In this document: positions 50,062-63,619 of the stretch, in pieces
Numbering within the stretch: position 1 is the first letter of the stretch
How the letters are laid out: each line of letters starts with the position of its first letter
NCBI GenBank assembly: GCA_964016885.1
Contig: OZ024747.1
Span: 26,102,001-26,166,000 of the forward strand
DNA: 64,000 nt
Source: Eledone cirrhosa
Lineage: Eukaryota
Reading direction: 5' to 3'
Notes under the pieces: generated by a model
What the model saw: the letters and a program-made list of their open reading frames with translations, nothing else
Told to the model about the DNA's origin: nothing
The model's database searches: none
Position numbers and translations under genes: made by a program

Positions 50062-51034
50062 TTCTATATTTCCTTTTTTCTGAATTCTTTTCTTCAAATT
50101 TGATATTTTTTATGTTGCTTTTAATTTTCCAACCAGGATTACCATGTGGTGGCGGCAGTGTTTTCTATGTTGTGGAATCTTACTCTTATATTCTATCTGA
50201 CGCTAGCCGGTTGTCATTGATGTCCGATATCTTCCTTTATTATAGTTCATATCATCAAGTATTACGATGCCGGTAGATGATTATCATTGCTTTTGGTTTC
50301 TTTGATAACTTCTCCATTTTGTATTTCATGTTTAGTTATCGTTATTCAATTATTTGGTTATCCAATCATTATTTATCGAACTTCTTTTCATTCAATAATC
50401 GGGGGCTGAGTCCGGGCGCTGTTCTACATTATAATATGGTCATAATTAGGCAATACCCTTTTTTCTTTTCGAATGTTTCTTCCTGCAAAGTTTGCTAATA
50501 AAGAATGCTTCAATAAGCATTCGGATTTCGTTCATTTCCCAGTCTTGTGTGAGTGAAGTAGGTGTGTGTGCATATTTGATATAACTGAACAATGTATATT
50601 TGTTTTACTATTTTATTCTTTTACTTGTTTCAATTATTATAGTGCGGCCATGCTGGGGCACTACATTCAGGGAGTTTACACGTTTATATCGATCCCAGTA
50701 CTTATTTTTTCAAAGACCTTTCCTCCTTACAAGGTCGATAAAATAAGGTACCAGTTAAATAATGAGGTCGGTATAATCGAGTTTCTCTCTCCTCCAAATA
50801 GCTGGTCTTGTAATAATTTTAGAAAGAATTATATTAGAAACTATTATTTTTAATCAGTTTTTTTTTTGTGTGTGATGAGATCTGGGGTACTCCCTGAATT
50901 AACCTAAAGTGTTGTCCCCTATTATTGGGAAACTTTTCCTAGTTGAATTTTGTTATAATTTTGTATTGTCATCATTACTATTTATTACAATTATTTTTAT
51001 TGTTATGCAGACATGTGGGCGAAGCAGATTTTTA

Positions 51035-51423
51035 GGGCGGTGGCTTGGCAGTATCGATAGAGCGTCAGACGCCATGCTTTACAGCATAGGAGTTATGGCC
51101 TTTTACGTTCTGAGTTCAAATGCCGCCAGTTTAACTTTGCCTTTCATCTTTACGGGGTCGATAAAATAAGGTACCAGTGATACACTGAGGTAATTGATGG
51201 CCTTGTTACCTAACGTAGAAACATTATATATAGGGCGGTGGATTGGCAGTATCAGTAGAGGGTCGGACGCCATGCTTTGCAGCAAAGAGTTACGGCCCTT
51301 TATGATCTAGGTTCAAATCCCGCCGAGGTTAACTTTGCCTTTCATCCTTACGAGGTCGATAAAATAAAGTACCAGTAATACACTGGTATGATTGCTGGCC
51401 TTGTGCCAAAAGTAGAAACAATT
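51035..51423 (+). mobile_element. Two tandem full-length SINE family A copies (51035-51225, 51233-51423)
   Basis: A/B boxes and tails; the second is flanked by TSD ATTATATATA. Confidence 0.92.
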
Positions 51424-51669
51424 ATATATACGGCTTTCCCTTTGCCGATTTTACTTTCACTTTACTCGATGTAAGCTGCACAATCTGTTGTTTTTCGTCA
51501 TTATATCGTCTTTGTATTGCCTTCAACATATTGGGCTCTTGTGGTGAGCAAAAGCAAGTATTATTGTGGTGGATTAGCAGTATCGGTAGAGAGACGGACG
51601 CCATGCTTTGACGCATAGAGTTATTGATAGTAGTAGTAGTTTTGTTATTCTAGTATTAGTAGTAGTAGT

Positions 51670-51760
<91 letters not shown>

Positions 51761-51864
51761 CTTCACAATTATCAACTGTAAATGTTTAACATAATTATTT
51801 GAAGTCGTAATGGTTTTACATAATTCAAGTATGTAAAATATCTGTAGAAGTATATATTTGTTGA

Positions 51865-51952
<88 letters not shown>

Positions 51953-51957
<5 letters not shown>

Positions 51958-52167
51958 GAACACTCGAAGTTAATATCCGTAGTGGTAGACCACTCAGTCC
52001 ATGGGACGAGTTAGATAGAAGTGGTAACACAACAGTTAGCTCACAATACCGAGAACAATTGTTTCACCTTAGCGGATCCTCAGGTAGTAATGGTCATTAC
52101 AAGCTGAGGATCCGCTAAGGTGAAACAATTGTTCTCGGTATTGTGAGCTAACTGTTGTGTTACCACT

Positions 52168-52168
<1 letters not shown>
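51953..52168. mobile_element. Element H4 as an inverted pair with two hammerhead cores (about 52049-52084 minus, 52100-52138 plus)
   Basis: ~75-bp inverted repeat 52019-52094 / 52096-52168; each arm has CTGAGGATCCGCTAAGGTGAAACAATTGTTCTCGG. Confidence 0.85.
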
Positions 52169-52198
<30 letters not shown>

Positions 52199-52292
52199 TT
52201 ATATATACACCCAGATATACACAACAAATATATACTTTTACAGAAATTTTACATACTTGAATTATATATATATATATATAATTCAAGTATGT

Positions 52293-52353
<61 letters not shown>

Positions 52354-52404
52354 ACGTATGTATGTATGTATGTATGTATGTATGTATGTATGTATGTATG
52401 TATG

Positions 52405-52435
<31 letters not shown>

Positions 52436-52770
52436 GTATGTATGTATGTATGCATGTATATTTCTGTGAGCTTCTCTGTATGGGGCTCGGACAAGACGCA
52501 ACGAAAATTACTGTTTTACGCACGGCGGTGCATGAAAATGGAGATTATGACAACTTATAAACCGCATGAATTAGTTCTATATAATATATCTTTCTACGTC
52601 ATCATAACATGGCAGTGATTATTTATATATATATATATATATACACACGTATATACGTTCGTTTATAAATCTTTACATACTCACAACCATAATATGTATG
52701 TATGCATTTAGATATGTATGTATATATGTATGTATGTATGTATGTATCTATGTATGTATGTGTATATATG

Positions 52771-54768
52771 CCTGTTCTGGTTTGTTATTTTATAAATTTT
52801 CCCCAATATATAGAAAGAGAGCCGGTTTCTACCATACACACAATACTTTTTCATAGGAATTAATACAGCATCCATCAGGTAAATACGTATATATATCTGT
52901 ATGTATGTTTGTGTGCGTGTATGTGCAGGTATGGGTGTCATTCTACGTGTGGATCTGCATACTTCTCTGACTAAACATGTGCATATGCAGTTATTACATG
53001 CACAATTTCTTAAACATTTTAACAAATTTTTACAGTTCCATTAATGGACTGTACTTGCAACTAGTCGTGTTCTTTCTGGCTCTGTGAAGCCCAACTTCTC
53101 AAGTTTTATCCTGGGGCAGTTAGTAACATATCCAATAGCCCCAATGATCACAGGTATAAATCTAAAGTTAGAGTCAGTGAGGAGTATCTGCTGATTCCTC
53201 TTGGCAGAATCGGTAGAGGGTCGGACATGCTTTCCAGTATAGTTACGTCCCTTTATGATCTGAGTTCAAATCCCTCTAAGGTTAACTTTGCCTTTAATCC
53301 TTACGGGGTCGATAAAATAAAGTACCAGTAATGTACTGGGTATTTGCTGGCCTTGTGCCAAAAGTAGAAATAATTATTACAGTATAAATGTTTTTCTTTT
53401 CAATGATCTTTAGTATTATATTGAGATCTATTGGGCAACCGATTTCCACTACTGAGCATGCATTCTTTTATTTCTATGACTGCTATGTTTTGTTTATATT
53501 CTAGTAGGGTTTTGACTGGAATCTTTCCCCCAGTACCCTTTCATATCATGTATGTATGTGTCGGGCTCATCACAATAACTTTATATTTTTATTCTCAGAA
53601 CTATCCTTTCTACGAATTGTATTGTTTAATATTGTGGCCACTATATCATACCTCATAGGTAAATAGTACCTTGATGACATTTTTGGACAGTTGCTTATGA
53701 TGTGGCTGACATCCTAAATGTTTATTTCGGTGAGTCTGTATCTGTTGCCACATCTACGTGTTTTGCATGCATCCCTATCGCTGCTGTGCATCAGATATTT
53801 CGTTGTTATTTCCTGTTCTTGGATTGCAAAAGCATATCCTTCAAAATGAGAGATAATATCGCGATGGTTTGTCTGAGACTACTTTGTTTATCTATATCAT
53901 TCTCACTTTGAAGCTTTCTGTCAGCATATCCATGCAGGATCTTTTGCTGATAAGCATGCAGCTTTTCATCCATGGATTCATTAGGTATTGGTGTGCAGAT
54001 TCCTTGCGTTTGAGCTTTTGGTTATCATGCGGAGAGTATTTCTCAAGGAGCTCCTTCCCAACTTTCATGATGTTATCTGCCTCATGCAGACAAACTTCAC
54101 AATCATATATGAACATTTATCCTGGCCAAACTCTTATATCTTTCGAGAGCGTCGTAACTAGATCAAGGTTTTTCTTCATCCCATTTATGTCCTTGGCATA
54201 GAGTTTCAGGACATCCACAAAGAAATTATGGGCTAGGTTTGTATTCTTATCCTCCTGTGAGCCAATTATGTATCCTTCACATTTCTTGAGCAAAAAGGAC
54301 AATGGTTTAATGACAGTATAAATAGTAACACGCAGAGACTGTCTCCTCGAAATATACCCCTACGATATTCTATTTGATCAGCAAAAATAGAATCCTCCTT
54401 TTCTGTATTTTAATTTAGAATAGTAGCCCAAGAAGAAGATAGGTTCTCGTTGACTCTGAATATAGTGTCTGGAACTTTAGCAAGTTGGAGGGCCTCTATC
54501 ATCCAAGAGTGGGGAACAGAGTCAAATGCTTTCCTGTAGTACAGGTAGACTGTAACCATATTCCTCCTATGTTGCCTCTGACATCGCTGTTTTGTTAATT
54601 AGGAGTTGTTCAGCACACCTCCATCACCTTTCTTTCCAGCTGCTTGCTCATCTGTGATGATGTTATTGACACCGTGATCTTGGAGAAATAGATTCAGGCA
54701 GACTGTATGCATTTGATACATTAGGTTCAGGCATGCAATGGGTCGGTAGGTTTTTGCCAAGTGTGTGC
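52771..54768 (-). mobile_element. Decayed R4/Dong-like RLE LINE in (TATG)n, interrupted by a SINE A copy (about 53200-53378, plus strand)
   Basis: Minus-strand RT remnants YRPIACLNLMY, EQAAGKKG, RKAFDSVPHSWMIEAL, RGIFRGDSL, HNFFVDVLKLYAKD. The C-terminal part and 3'UTR are homologous to 40979-42125. TATG repeats on both sides. Confidence 0.88.
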
Positions 54769-55268
54769 ATGTATGTATGTATGTATGTATGTATGTATGT
54801 ATGTATGTATGTATGTATGTATGTATGTATGTATGTACGTATGTATGAATTTTGAAGTTTACACGAATTACATTTGAGTGTGTGTATATTTGTATAGAGC
54901 TTTTCTGTCAAACGACATTCAAGTTAAATGCATATAGTCTGCTGAAACGTAGTTCTACTAATATTTCAATTCTGGAAAGACTTTCAAGCCTTTTGACATT
55001 AGACCGGTACTACAATACAAATATCTTTATTTTAGAATTTTTATAATTATCTAAAAACATTCCATCATACTTTCCTCTGTTAAGTTATGTTCCAAATATA
55101 GTTATACTACAAATTAAACCCAAACTCTTGATTATTTATATAGTAAATGGTGTATATGAATACATATACGATAAGTGGAATAAACATATAATCTCCCTTT
55201 AACTTTTCTTTAGCTCTGACCATTTGTATATTTTAAATCACGCTAAGGTAGTGATACTGCTAATGAAT

Positions 55269-55397
<129 letters not shown>

Positions 55398-55587
55398 CGT
55401 ACGCACATATATATGTGTGTGTGTATGTATATATGTATTATATATATATTTATATACATAGTACAAGTAGAAAGCAATTATATGGATATAAACACATTCA
55501 TGTATACACATATCAATAGAGTTCACTAATTTGTTTATATATATATATATATTTATGCACACACACATACATATATATATATATGTA

Positions 55588-55668
<81 letters not shown>

Positions 55669-55858
55669 ACGTACATACATATATGTATACAGACGTACAG
55701 TAGTATATATATATATACATGCACACATATATATATGTACGTATAGGTTTACCGAACATTTATTATAATGTTCGGTTTGTTTGTACACAAACAGCCCGAA
55801 TTACGCCGTACAGTGTTCGGCAACCATCGTTGCCCTTTTGTTCAACACTGACAAAGGA

Positions 55859-55901
55859 ACGATGAACTAGTTTCAAGCTTATTAGCTATCGTCAGCATCG
55901 T
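55859..55901 (-). ncRNA. Minimal type I hammerhead ribozyme (H9), intact
   Basis: ACGATG-CTGACGA-T-AGCT(aata)AGCT-T-GAAA-CTAG-TT/CATCGT; perfect 6-bp stem I; palindromic ACTAGT stem III; GUU triplet. Confidence 0.88.
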
Positions 55902-56294
55902 ATAGCTTCCTGTCAGATGATTGAACGTTTGAAAGTATATACCTTCCTTATGCATATTAACGGCTGAGCAGCCTAATTTGCATATCGAGTGAGTTAGTCG
56001 GCCGGGCGTACCGAAAACGATAAATGGAAAAGAATGAAACGAAATTTCATTTCTCACTCTTAGTACGGCTGATACTTAATATATAAGTATGTATACGTCT
56101 GTTTACATATATGTATGTACGTATACATACTTATATTTAAGTATCAGCCGTACTAAGAGTGAGAAATGAAATTTATCGTTTTCGGTACGCCCGGCCGACT
56201 AACTCACTCGATATGCAAATTAGGCTGCTCAGCCGTTAATATGCATAAGGAAAGTATATACTTTCAAACGTTCAATCATCTGGCAGGAAAGTAT

Positions 56295-56337
56295 ATGATG
56301 CTGACGATAGCTAATAAGCTTGAAACTAGTTCATCGT
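56295..56337 (+). ncRNA. Minimal type I hammerhead ribozyme (H9), second copy
   Basis: ATGATG-CTGACGA-TAGCTAATAAGCTT-GAAA-CTAG-TT/CATCGT, with one U-G pair in stem I. Confidence 0.85.
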
Positions 56338-56598
56338 TCCTTTGTCAGTGTTGAACAAAAGGGCAACGATGGTTGCCGAACACTGTACGGCGTAATTCGG
56401 GCTGTTTGTTAACAAACAAACCGAACATTATAATAAATGTTCGGTAAACCCAAACGTACATATATATATGTGTGCATGCATGTATATATATACATACTAC
56501 TGTACGTCTGTATACATATATGTATGTACGTATACATACTTATATTTAAGTATCAGCCGTACTAAGAGTGAGAAATGAAATTTCGTTTCATTCTTTTC

Positions 56599-56638
<40 letters not shown>

Positions 56639-57272
56639 AATGTGCGTGTGTTTGTGTGAGAGAGACCTTAACTTAAACATCTCATATATGCAACTACATA
56701 GCTATATAACCATCCTCATACACTTACATTACCATTAGTAGTTAATGACTATACACACGCATACCCCCCCCCCCCACACACACACACAAACCCACACTCT
56801 AATCCAATCGCATACCATGATATATAAACCAATATATAATTAAAGTTGTCTATACCAAGGAATAACTGATGCATGAAATTAAGAAAATAAAACATAATGG
56901 AACTGTTAAATGCAACAAACGTGTTAACATAGCGATTTCTTCCCAATACTCATTTTTAATGATGTCATAACGCTGGCGTAAATGTCGAATGTCAGCCATT
57001 TTGTTACAATTCTTGAAATGGGGAATCCAATATATTAGTTAACACCAACATATTATGTATCTCTTTCTTTTCACACCTATTTCATTATACTTATCATCAT
57101 CATCAGCATCATCAGCCTCGTCATATTTCATTTTCCTTCATTTCTACGATTATTTTGTATCTCTATTTCGTCTTTCGTCACTTTTATACTTGTATCTCTA
57201 GGGGAGGACTTATGAGAAGCGACTGTCATGTGTGTTTCGTGCGTTGTTCCGTTGTCTTTGTCCACCTTTTTC

Positions 57273-57396
<124 letters not shown>

Positions 57397-57442
57397 TGAG
57401 TGTGTGTGTGTGTGTGTGTGTCTATGTATATATAATTATATA

Positions 57443-57544
<102 letters not shown>

Positions 57545-58355
57545 TAAAACAGCGTTTTGTAGCTTGCTTGAAGCATTTTGAATAGGAGATACAAATTTCA
57601 ATTTTGAAAACCAAAACAATGCGTTATGAAGAACGTTAAATCACCAAGATAACAAAAGAACCTCACCTCAGAAAATTTAATGATCCCAAATATTTTAAAG
57701 TTTAAAAACCCATTTTCAATGAGAGACTTAAAAATCAATCGGATAGACTTGCTTGTTTGGAGAGCAGATTTAAGTTAAATGTACATATCTATATAACGTG
57801 GTCGATTTGGCAGAGTCGTAAGGGCATTGGGTATTTGTTCCGTGTATCTGCGTTATATGTTCAAATCCCGCCAGGGTCCACTTTGCCTTTTATTCTTTCG
57901 AGGTCGATAAAAAAGGTACCAACCCAATGCTGGTGTAGTCCTCTCTTCAGCCAGGTGTCACATACTCATTGTTCCACTAGCTCAAAAGGGTGAGTGTCAG
58001 GCATGTAAATTTATCTGCTCACGACTGCATTGTGAACTTAAAACACTTAGGGCAAGTATGGTACATACTACTAAATCATTCGAATTCAACTGACCACTGT
58101 AGAATTAGCTGTTGAAACGGCAGGAGCTCAGCCGTTGGATCCTGACTCTTTAAAATATAACCAGACCCCAAGTATCGAGTACTCTGTTAAGTAATGGTTT
58201 AACCAATTTCAAACTGATTCTATCCTGATTTAAATACACACACACACACACACACATGATTGCATGCATGCATGCATGTGTGTGTGTATGTATGTATGTA
58301 TGTATGTATGTATGTATGTATGTATGTATGTATGTATGTATGTATGTATGTATGT

Positions 58356-58966
58356 ATGTCAGGTCACCAGTTGGTGCTACTGGTAACATGTATCCCAGTA
58401 CAACCTGTCACATGGTCGGGTCGTTGGCGACTAAACTGGCAACACCACCAAGGTTTCTTGGTGAGGAGGGTGACTTTGGACATCCTGCAGGACTAAAAAC
58501 AAAACCTGTCAAAGGGCAAAGGAGCTCTTAAGAGTCAATGGCCATCCAAAATCACCGGGAGTGATGACCCCTTAGCCTTTGTCAAGGCAGAATTCTATGA
58601 GAAGGAAAACTCTGATATAACACCTGCAACCCTGATGGTATCCAATGATGTTGACTTGTTCTTCTTTTTGGTAAATATCATCTTGGTTAAGAGAGTGGGA
58701 CTGGCTTTGTGCAGTGCCTTTGCTCACTATAAAAGCTTCATGGCACAGGCATTGCTTTATATATGGAGATCTCTCTGCACTTGTCATCACATGGTACCAT
58801 GGGTCCACACTATGTGTCAATAATTGTCACAGGTGTAGTGTTTGTACCAGAGTTTTCAAGTCGCTGGCTGGACTAAAAAGTCACACTTGTTCAGCGCATC
58901 GGTAGGGGTTCTCCTACATGGATATAAAGTAGTGGCCGTACTCGAAAACGAGTTGGCAGCCACCAT
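58356..58966 (+). mobile_element. Non-autonomous retroposon family C in (TATG)n
   Basis: Flanked by (TATG)n on both sides; 3' end GGCCGTACTCGAAAACGAGTTGGCAGCCACCATG(TATG)n. Confidence 0.85.
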
Positions 58967-59058
58967 GTATGTATGTATGTATGTATGTATGTATGTATGT
59001 ATGTATGCATGTATGTATGTATGTATGTATGTATGTATGTATGTATGTATGTATGTAT

Positions 59059-59357
59059 GGGAGTGAAGGACCCCTAACCTTTGTCAGAGCATTCTTCTAG
59101 GAGAAGGCAACTCAGGAAAAATGGGAGAACTCCGATATAAAACCTGTGGCTCAGTAGTTACCGATGATGTTGATCTTTTCTTCTTTTCGGGTTATAGCTA
59201 CAGTCGCTCAGAGAGTGGGATTGGCTCAGTGCACAGTCTTTCCTCACTTTAAAAAATATCTTCACGCATAGGCATTGCACGATAGAATTAATTAATAATT
59301 ATTAATAATGGTATATCGTGCAATGGCCATACTCGATAACGAGGGGGCAGCCATCAT
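59059..59357 (+). mobile_element. Non-autonomous retroposon family D, related to family C, in (TATG)n
   Basis: Shares GACCCCT.A.CCTTTGTCA, TAGGAGAAGG, GATGTTGA..TTCTTCTTTT, GAGAGTGGGA.TGGCT and the 3' hairpin CTCGATAACGAG..GGCAGCCA with family C. Confidence 0.82.
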
Positions 59358-59585
59358 GTATGTATGTATATAGTGTTTATATTATTTATCAATTTTACCA
59401 ATTCATATATCAAAACAGTGAAACATTGTGTAAATTTATATACACATTTATAGACACATTTATATACATATTTATATACACATTTAATATACATCTTAAT
59501 TAACTTCCAAAATGTGCGCAAATAATATTCCAATTAGTTCAAATTAGTTCATCCATTTCAGGCTACTATTATAAGTGATAGGGTA

Positions 59586-59794
59586 GGGCCGTGGATTGGC
59601 AGTATCGGTAGAGGGTCGGGCGCCATGCTTTGCAGCATAGAGTTATGGCCCTTTATGATCTGAGTTCAAATCCCGCCCAGGTTAACTTTGCCTTTCATCC
59701 TTACGGGGGTCGATAAAATAAAGTACCAGTCACGTACTGGGTTCGATTTAATCGACTTTTCCCTCCCCCAAATTACTGGCCTATACTAGAAATC
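59586..59794 (+). mobile_element. SINE family A, long-tail variant, with 18-bp TSD
   Basis: TSD ATTATAAGTGATAGGGTA at 59568-59585 and 59795-59812. Confidence 0.95.
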
Positions 59795-60034
59795 ATTATA
59801 AGTGATAGGGTATTTAAGCCCACGAATATGTGTTTCCATATGGTTGTTTAGATGATATGTTTTCTGATGAAACCCCAACTAAGCTTGAAAACCAGTTAAA
59901 TGTGATTTTTTTTTTTAGCATTTTACATGGAAATTCATATTTGGTATGTTTACATGTGTATATACTAAAACGTGAATTTATATACACATTTGCACAATCT
60001 CAGTTACTTCTATTCTATATTAATAAAAGACATT

Positions 60035-60209
60035 GGCAGTATCGGTAGAGGGTCGGACGCCATGCTTTGTAGCATAGAGTTACGGGTCTTTATTATCTGA
60101 GTTCAAATCCCGCCGAGGTTAACTTTGTCTTTCATCCTTACGGGGTCGATAAAATAAAGTACCAGTAATACACTGGTAAATTGCTGGCCTTGTGCCAAAT
60201 GTAGAAACA
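60035..60209 (+). mobile_element. SINE family A with 16-bp TSD
   Basis: TSD ATTAATAAAAGACATT at 60019-60034 and 60210-60225. Confidence 0.95.
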
Positions 60210-60339
60210 ATTAATAAAAGACATTTATTTCTAATACAATATTTGCCATATAGGCTCTGTAAAAATGGAGGATTGAAAGAACTTGAACAGCTTTTAATAC
60301 TGTACAATATCACTTTGGAAGGATTGGTGATTGTCTTTG

Positions 60340-61160
60340 TGTCTGTGTGTGTGCGTGTGTGTGATGTGTTGTGTATGTGTGTGTGTGTGATGTGTTGTGT
60401 ATGTGTGTGTGTGTGTGATGTGTTGTGTATGTGTGTGTGTGTGTGGTGTGTTGTGTATGTGTGTGTGTGTGATGTGTTGTGTATGTGTGTGTGATGTGTT
60501 GTGTATGTGTGTGCGCGGCGCGTGCGTTTGTATGTGTGTATGGTGTGTGTGATGTGCGTATGTGTGTGTGGTGTCTCTTTATGTGTCTGTGTGTGTCTCT
60601 GCCTGTGTCTATGTGTGTATGTGTATGCGTGTGTGTTTGTGTTTGTGTGTGGTGTATGTGTGTGTCAGTGCCTATGTCTATGTGTGCGTGTGTATGCGTG
60701 TGTGTTTTTGTCTGTGTGTGGTGTCTGTGTGTGTCGGTGCCTGTGTGTCTATGTGTGCGTGTGTAAGTGTGTGTGTTTGTGTTTGTGTGTGGTGTCTGTG
60801 TATGTGTCTGTCTGTGTGTATGTGTGTCTGTGCCTGTTTTCTATGTGTGCGTGTGTATGTGTGTGTGTGTATGTGTGTGTTTGTGTCTGTGTAAGGTGTC
60901 TGTGTATGTATCTGTATGTGTGTATGTGTGTCTGTGCCTGTCTCTATGTGTGCATGTGTATGTGTGTGTGTTTGTGTCTGTGTAAGGTGTGTGTTTGTGT
61001 CTGTGTCTATGTGCACGTGTGTATATGCGTGTGTCTGTGTAAGGTGTATGTGTCTGTCTGTGTATGTCTGTGCCTGTGTCTCTGTGTGTATGTGTATGTG
61101 TATGTGTGTGTGTGTATGTGTCTGTGTGGTAGTGTCTGTGTGTGTCTGTCTGTCTGTCTA
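60340..61160. repeat. Degenerate (GT)n-rich low-complexity tract
   Basis: Direct sequence. Confidence 0.97.
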
Positions 61161-61298
61161 CGATGTGTGATTGCTTCATATTAGCTCACCTCCCCAAGGC
61201 ATGAGAAGCAATGTTGATCTGGCTGGGATTGAATTGAGAACGTAAAGGGACGTAACTCAATTGGGTTTCTAACATTCTTCCAGCCTTCAAACTCTCAC

Positions 61299-61712
61299 GT
61301 ATCGGTAGAGGGTCGGACGCCATGCTTTGCAGCATAGAGTTACGGCCCTTTATGATTTGACTTCAAATCACGCCGAGGTTAACTTTGCCTTTCATCTTTA
61401 CGGGTCGATAAAATAAAGTACCAGTAATACACTGGTGGATTGCTGGCCTTGTGCCAAAAGTAGAAACAATTATTATATCTGCAAATCACGCCGAGGTTAA
61501 CTTTGCCTTTCATCCTTACGGGGTCGATAAAATAAAGTACCAGTAATACACTGGGAAATTGCTGGCCTTGTGCCAAATGTAGAAACAATTATTATATCTG
61601 CAAATCTCGTCGAGGTTAACTTTGCCTTTCATCCTTACGGGGTCGATAAAATAAAGTACCAGTAATACACTGGGAAATTGCTGGCCTTGTGCCAAATGTA
61701 GAAACAATTATT
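61299..61712 (+). mobile_element. SINE family A with its 3' part triplicated in tandem
   Basis: CAAATC.CG.CGAGGTTAAC...GTAGAAACAATTATT occurs three times, joined by ATATCTG. Confidence 0.92.
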
Positions 61713-62085
61713 GTGTACAATTAATTAGATTTTTATAATCCAATATTGTTGTTACTAGAATTTCTGTCAACAGCGACAACGACGTCACTTAATCATCAAT
61801 TCTACTTTTTTTTTTTTGTTCTTAATATATTCGCCTTGTTTTTACCTAATTTGTTGTTAATGTTTCATTATTCACGGTTAATTTTTTAATTAACAATGAT
61901 CGGTTACGTCGAACATGAACAAATACTGTATGTGTGTGTGTGTGTGTGTGTGAGAGAGAGCGTGTGCGTAGGTGCACATGAATGCCTTGATGTGCGCGTA
62001 CAATATATATATGTGTGTGTGTGTGTGTGTGTAAACGTATATATATATATATATACATACATATATATATATATGTGTGTATGTA

Positions 62086-62152
<67 letters not shown>

Positions 62153-62213
62153 CGTGTGTATAAATATATGGGACTGATTATGCTCTGTGTTGACAAGGTG
62201 TTTGTGTGTGGGT

Positions 62214-62265
<52 letters not shown>

Positions 62266-62729
62266 GCAGATATATATAAGTGTGTGAGAGAGAGGGCGGT
62301 GTTGTGTGTAACAAATTGTTTTCTAGAATTAGTTTTGAGTTACTCAATGTCAATCCATTCTTAAGTTATCATAATTTACGCTAGGATGAAATTATTTTCA
62401 GTTTTTCCCAGTAATTTGAAATAACAACTCACTTCATATCTTTTTAAGTTTTGCTAATAAATTTAAAGGATTGGAAGTATGAGTAGAGTATTGGACAACA
62501 TATTTTACGGCATATAGTTACCTGTCAATTCAAATCTCGCCGACGTTAGTTTTACCTTTCATCGTATGGGATCGATAAAATAAAGTACCAGTAACGCACT
62601 GGGTTGTATTTCATCGACTTTCTCCCTTCTCTTCACATTGTTAGCCTTGTGTCAAAAGTAGAAACAATATAATTGGAATAGGATCTGTCTGAAGCTTTCG
62701 GTTACGCAAGCGCAATAATAAACAAAAAT

Positions 62730-63017
62730 TGTTTCTATTTTTGGCACAAGGCCAGCAATTATCCCAGTGCATTACTGGTACTTTATTTTATCGACCCGGT
62801 AATGGTGTCTGACCAATAATAAACAATAATGATTTCTAGTATAGGCACAAGCCAGTCATTTGGGGGAGGCAAAAGTTGTTTAAATCGACCCCAGTACGTT
62901 ACTGGTACTTTATTTTATCGACCCCGTAAAGATGAAAAGCAAAGTTAACCTCGGCGGGATTTGAACTCAGACCGTAAAGGGCCGTAACTCTATGCTGCAA
63001 AGCATGGTGTCTGACCA
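62730..63017 (-). mobile_element. Two SINE family A copies (about 62730-62800 short tail, 62830-63017 long tail)
   Basis: Reverse-complement SINE motifs; the long copy is flanked by AATA(A/G)TAAACAATAAT. Confidence 0.88.
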
Positions 63018-63404
63018 ATAGTAAACAATAATGACAACAACGGTTACGTAAGCGTAATAATAGTCTGTATGGCTGCAATATGATCAACTATATACATACG
63101 TATGCGTGTTTCTGAATATCGATTGTGTGAAGTATACGTTAATGTCCATAAGAAGATAGAGTATTTGAGAGAAAGAAGAAAAAGCAGAGACGAGGGTAAA
63201 TTAAACGTAAAACGAGAGAAAATGAAGAAAGGAGAAACGTGTTGTTGTTAATCAATCATCTTGAGGAAAAGATATACTAAATGTGAGAGATATAACTGTT
63301 TGAATAAACTAGTACTGAGTCCAATTAATTGCTGCAATAAAATATAAATTTGTTTGCTTATATTTTGAAGCTATGTAAATATATATATATATATATACAT
63401 ATAA

Positions 63405-63606
63405 GTTTATCCCGGGTTCAATCGGGGGTAACCACAGTAAGGTACTCAATACAATGCAGATTATAAATATTTAATATAGAAAAGGCTTCTACAGGACTAG
63501 AACTGTTTCATTCGGGAGAAATCATCAAGAAGAAATCATCATTGGGCTTCCTGGTGATTTCTCCCGAATGAAACAGTTCTAGTCCTGTAGAAGCCTTTTC
63601 TATATT
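63405..63606. mobile_element. Element H1 as an inverted pair with two mutated hammerheads (63483-63532 minus, core TTGATGA; 63544-63596 plus, core CTGGTGA)
   Basis: Homologous to 1-147; stem I GGCTTC/GAAGCC. Confidence 0.85.
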
Positions 63607-63619
63607 ATATATATATATG

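Larger units (their letters stand above)
55664..56599. mobile_element. Retrozyme-like element H9: two ~430-nt circularly permuted units in inverted orientation
   Basis: Plus unit about 56105-56599 with direct terminal redundancy (GTATCAGCCGTACTAAGAGTGAGAAATGAAATTT at 56141 and 56550). Minus unit 55664-56100. One hammerhead per unit; no coding capacity. Confidence 0.8.

Noticed and set aside
50070-50560. Possible very old Penelope RT N-terminal remnant on the minus strand (GIVILDD.NY, HGNPG); similar vague signal at 3800-4650
   Set aside because: Too degenerate to support by eye; needs tBLASTn or an HMM search.
51233-51330. tRNA-like A/B boxes in SINE heads (also 18133, 39370, 44276)
   Set aside because: A/B spacing and downstream body/tail/TSD identify SINEs; no complete cloverleaf, so they are not called tRNA genes.
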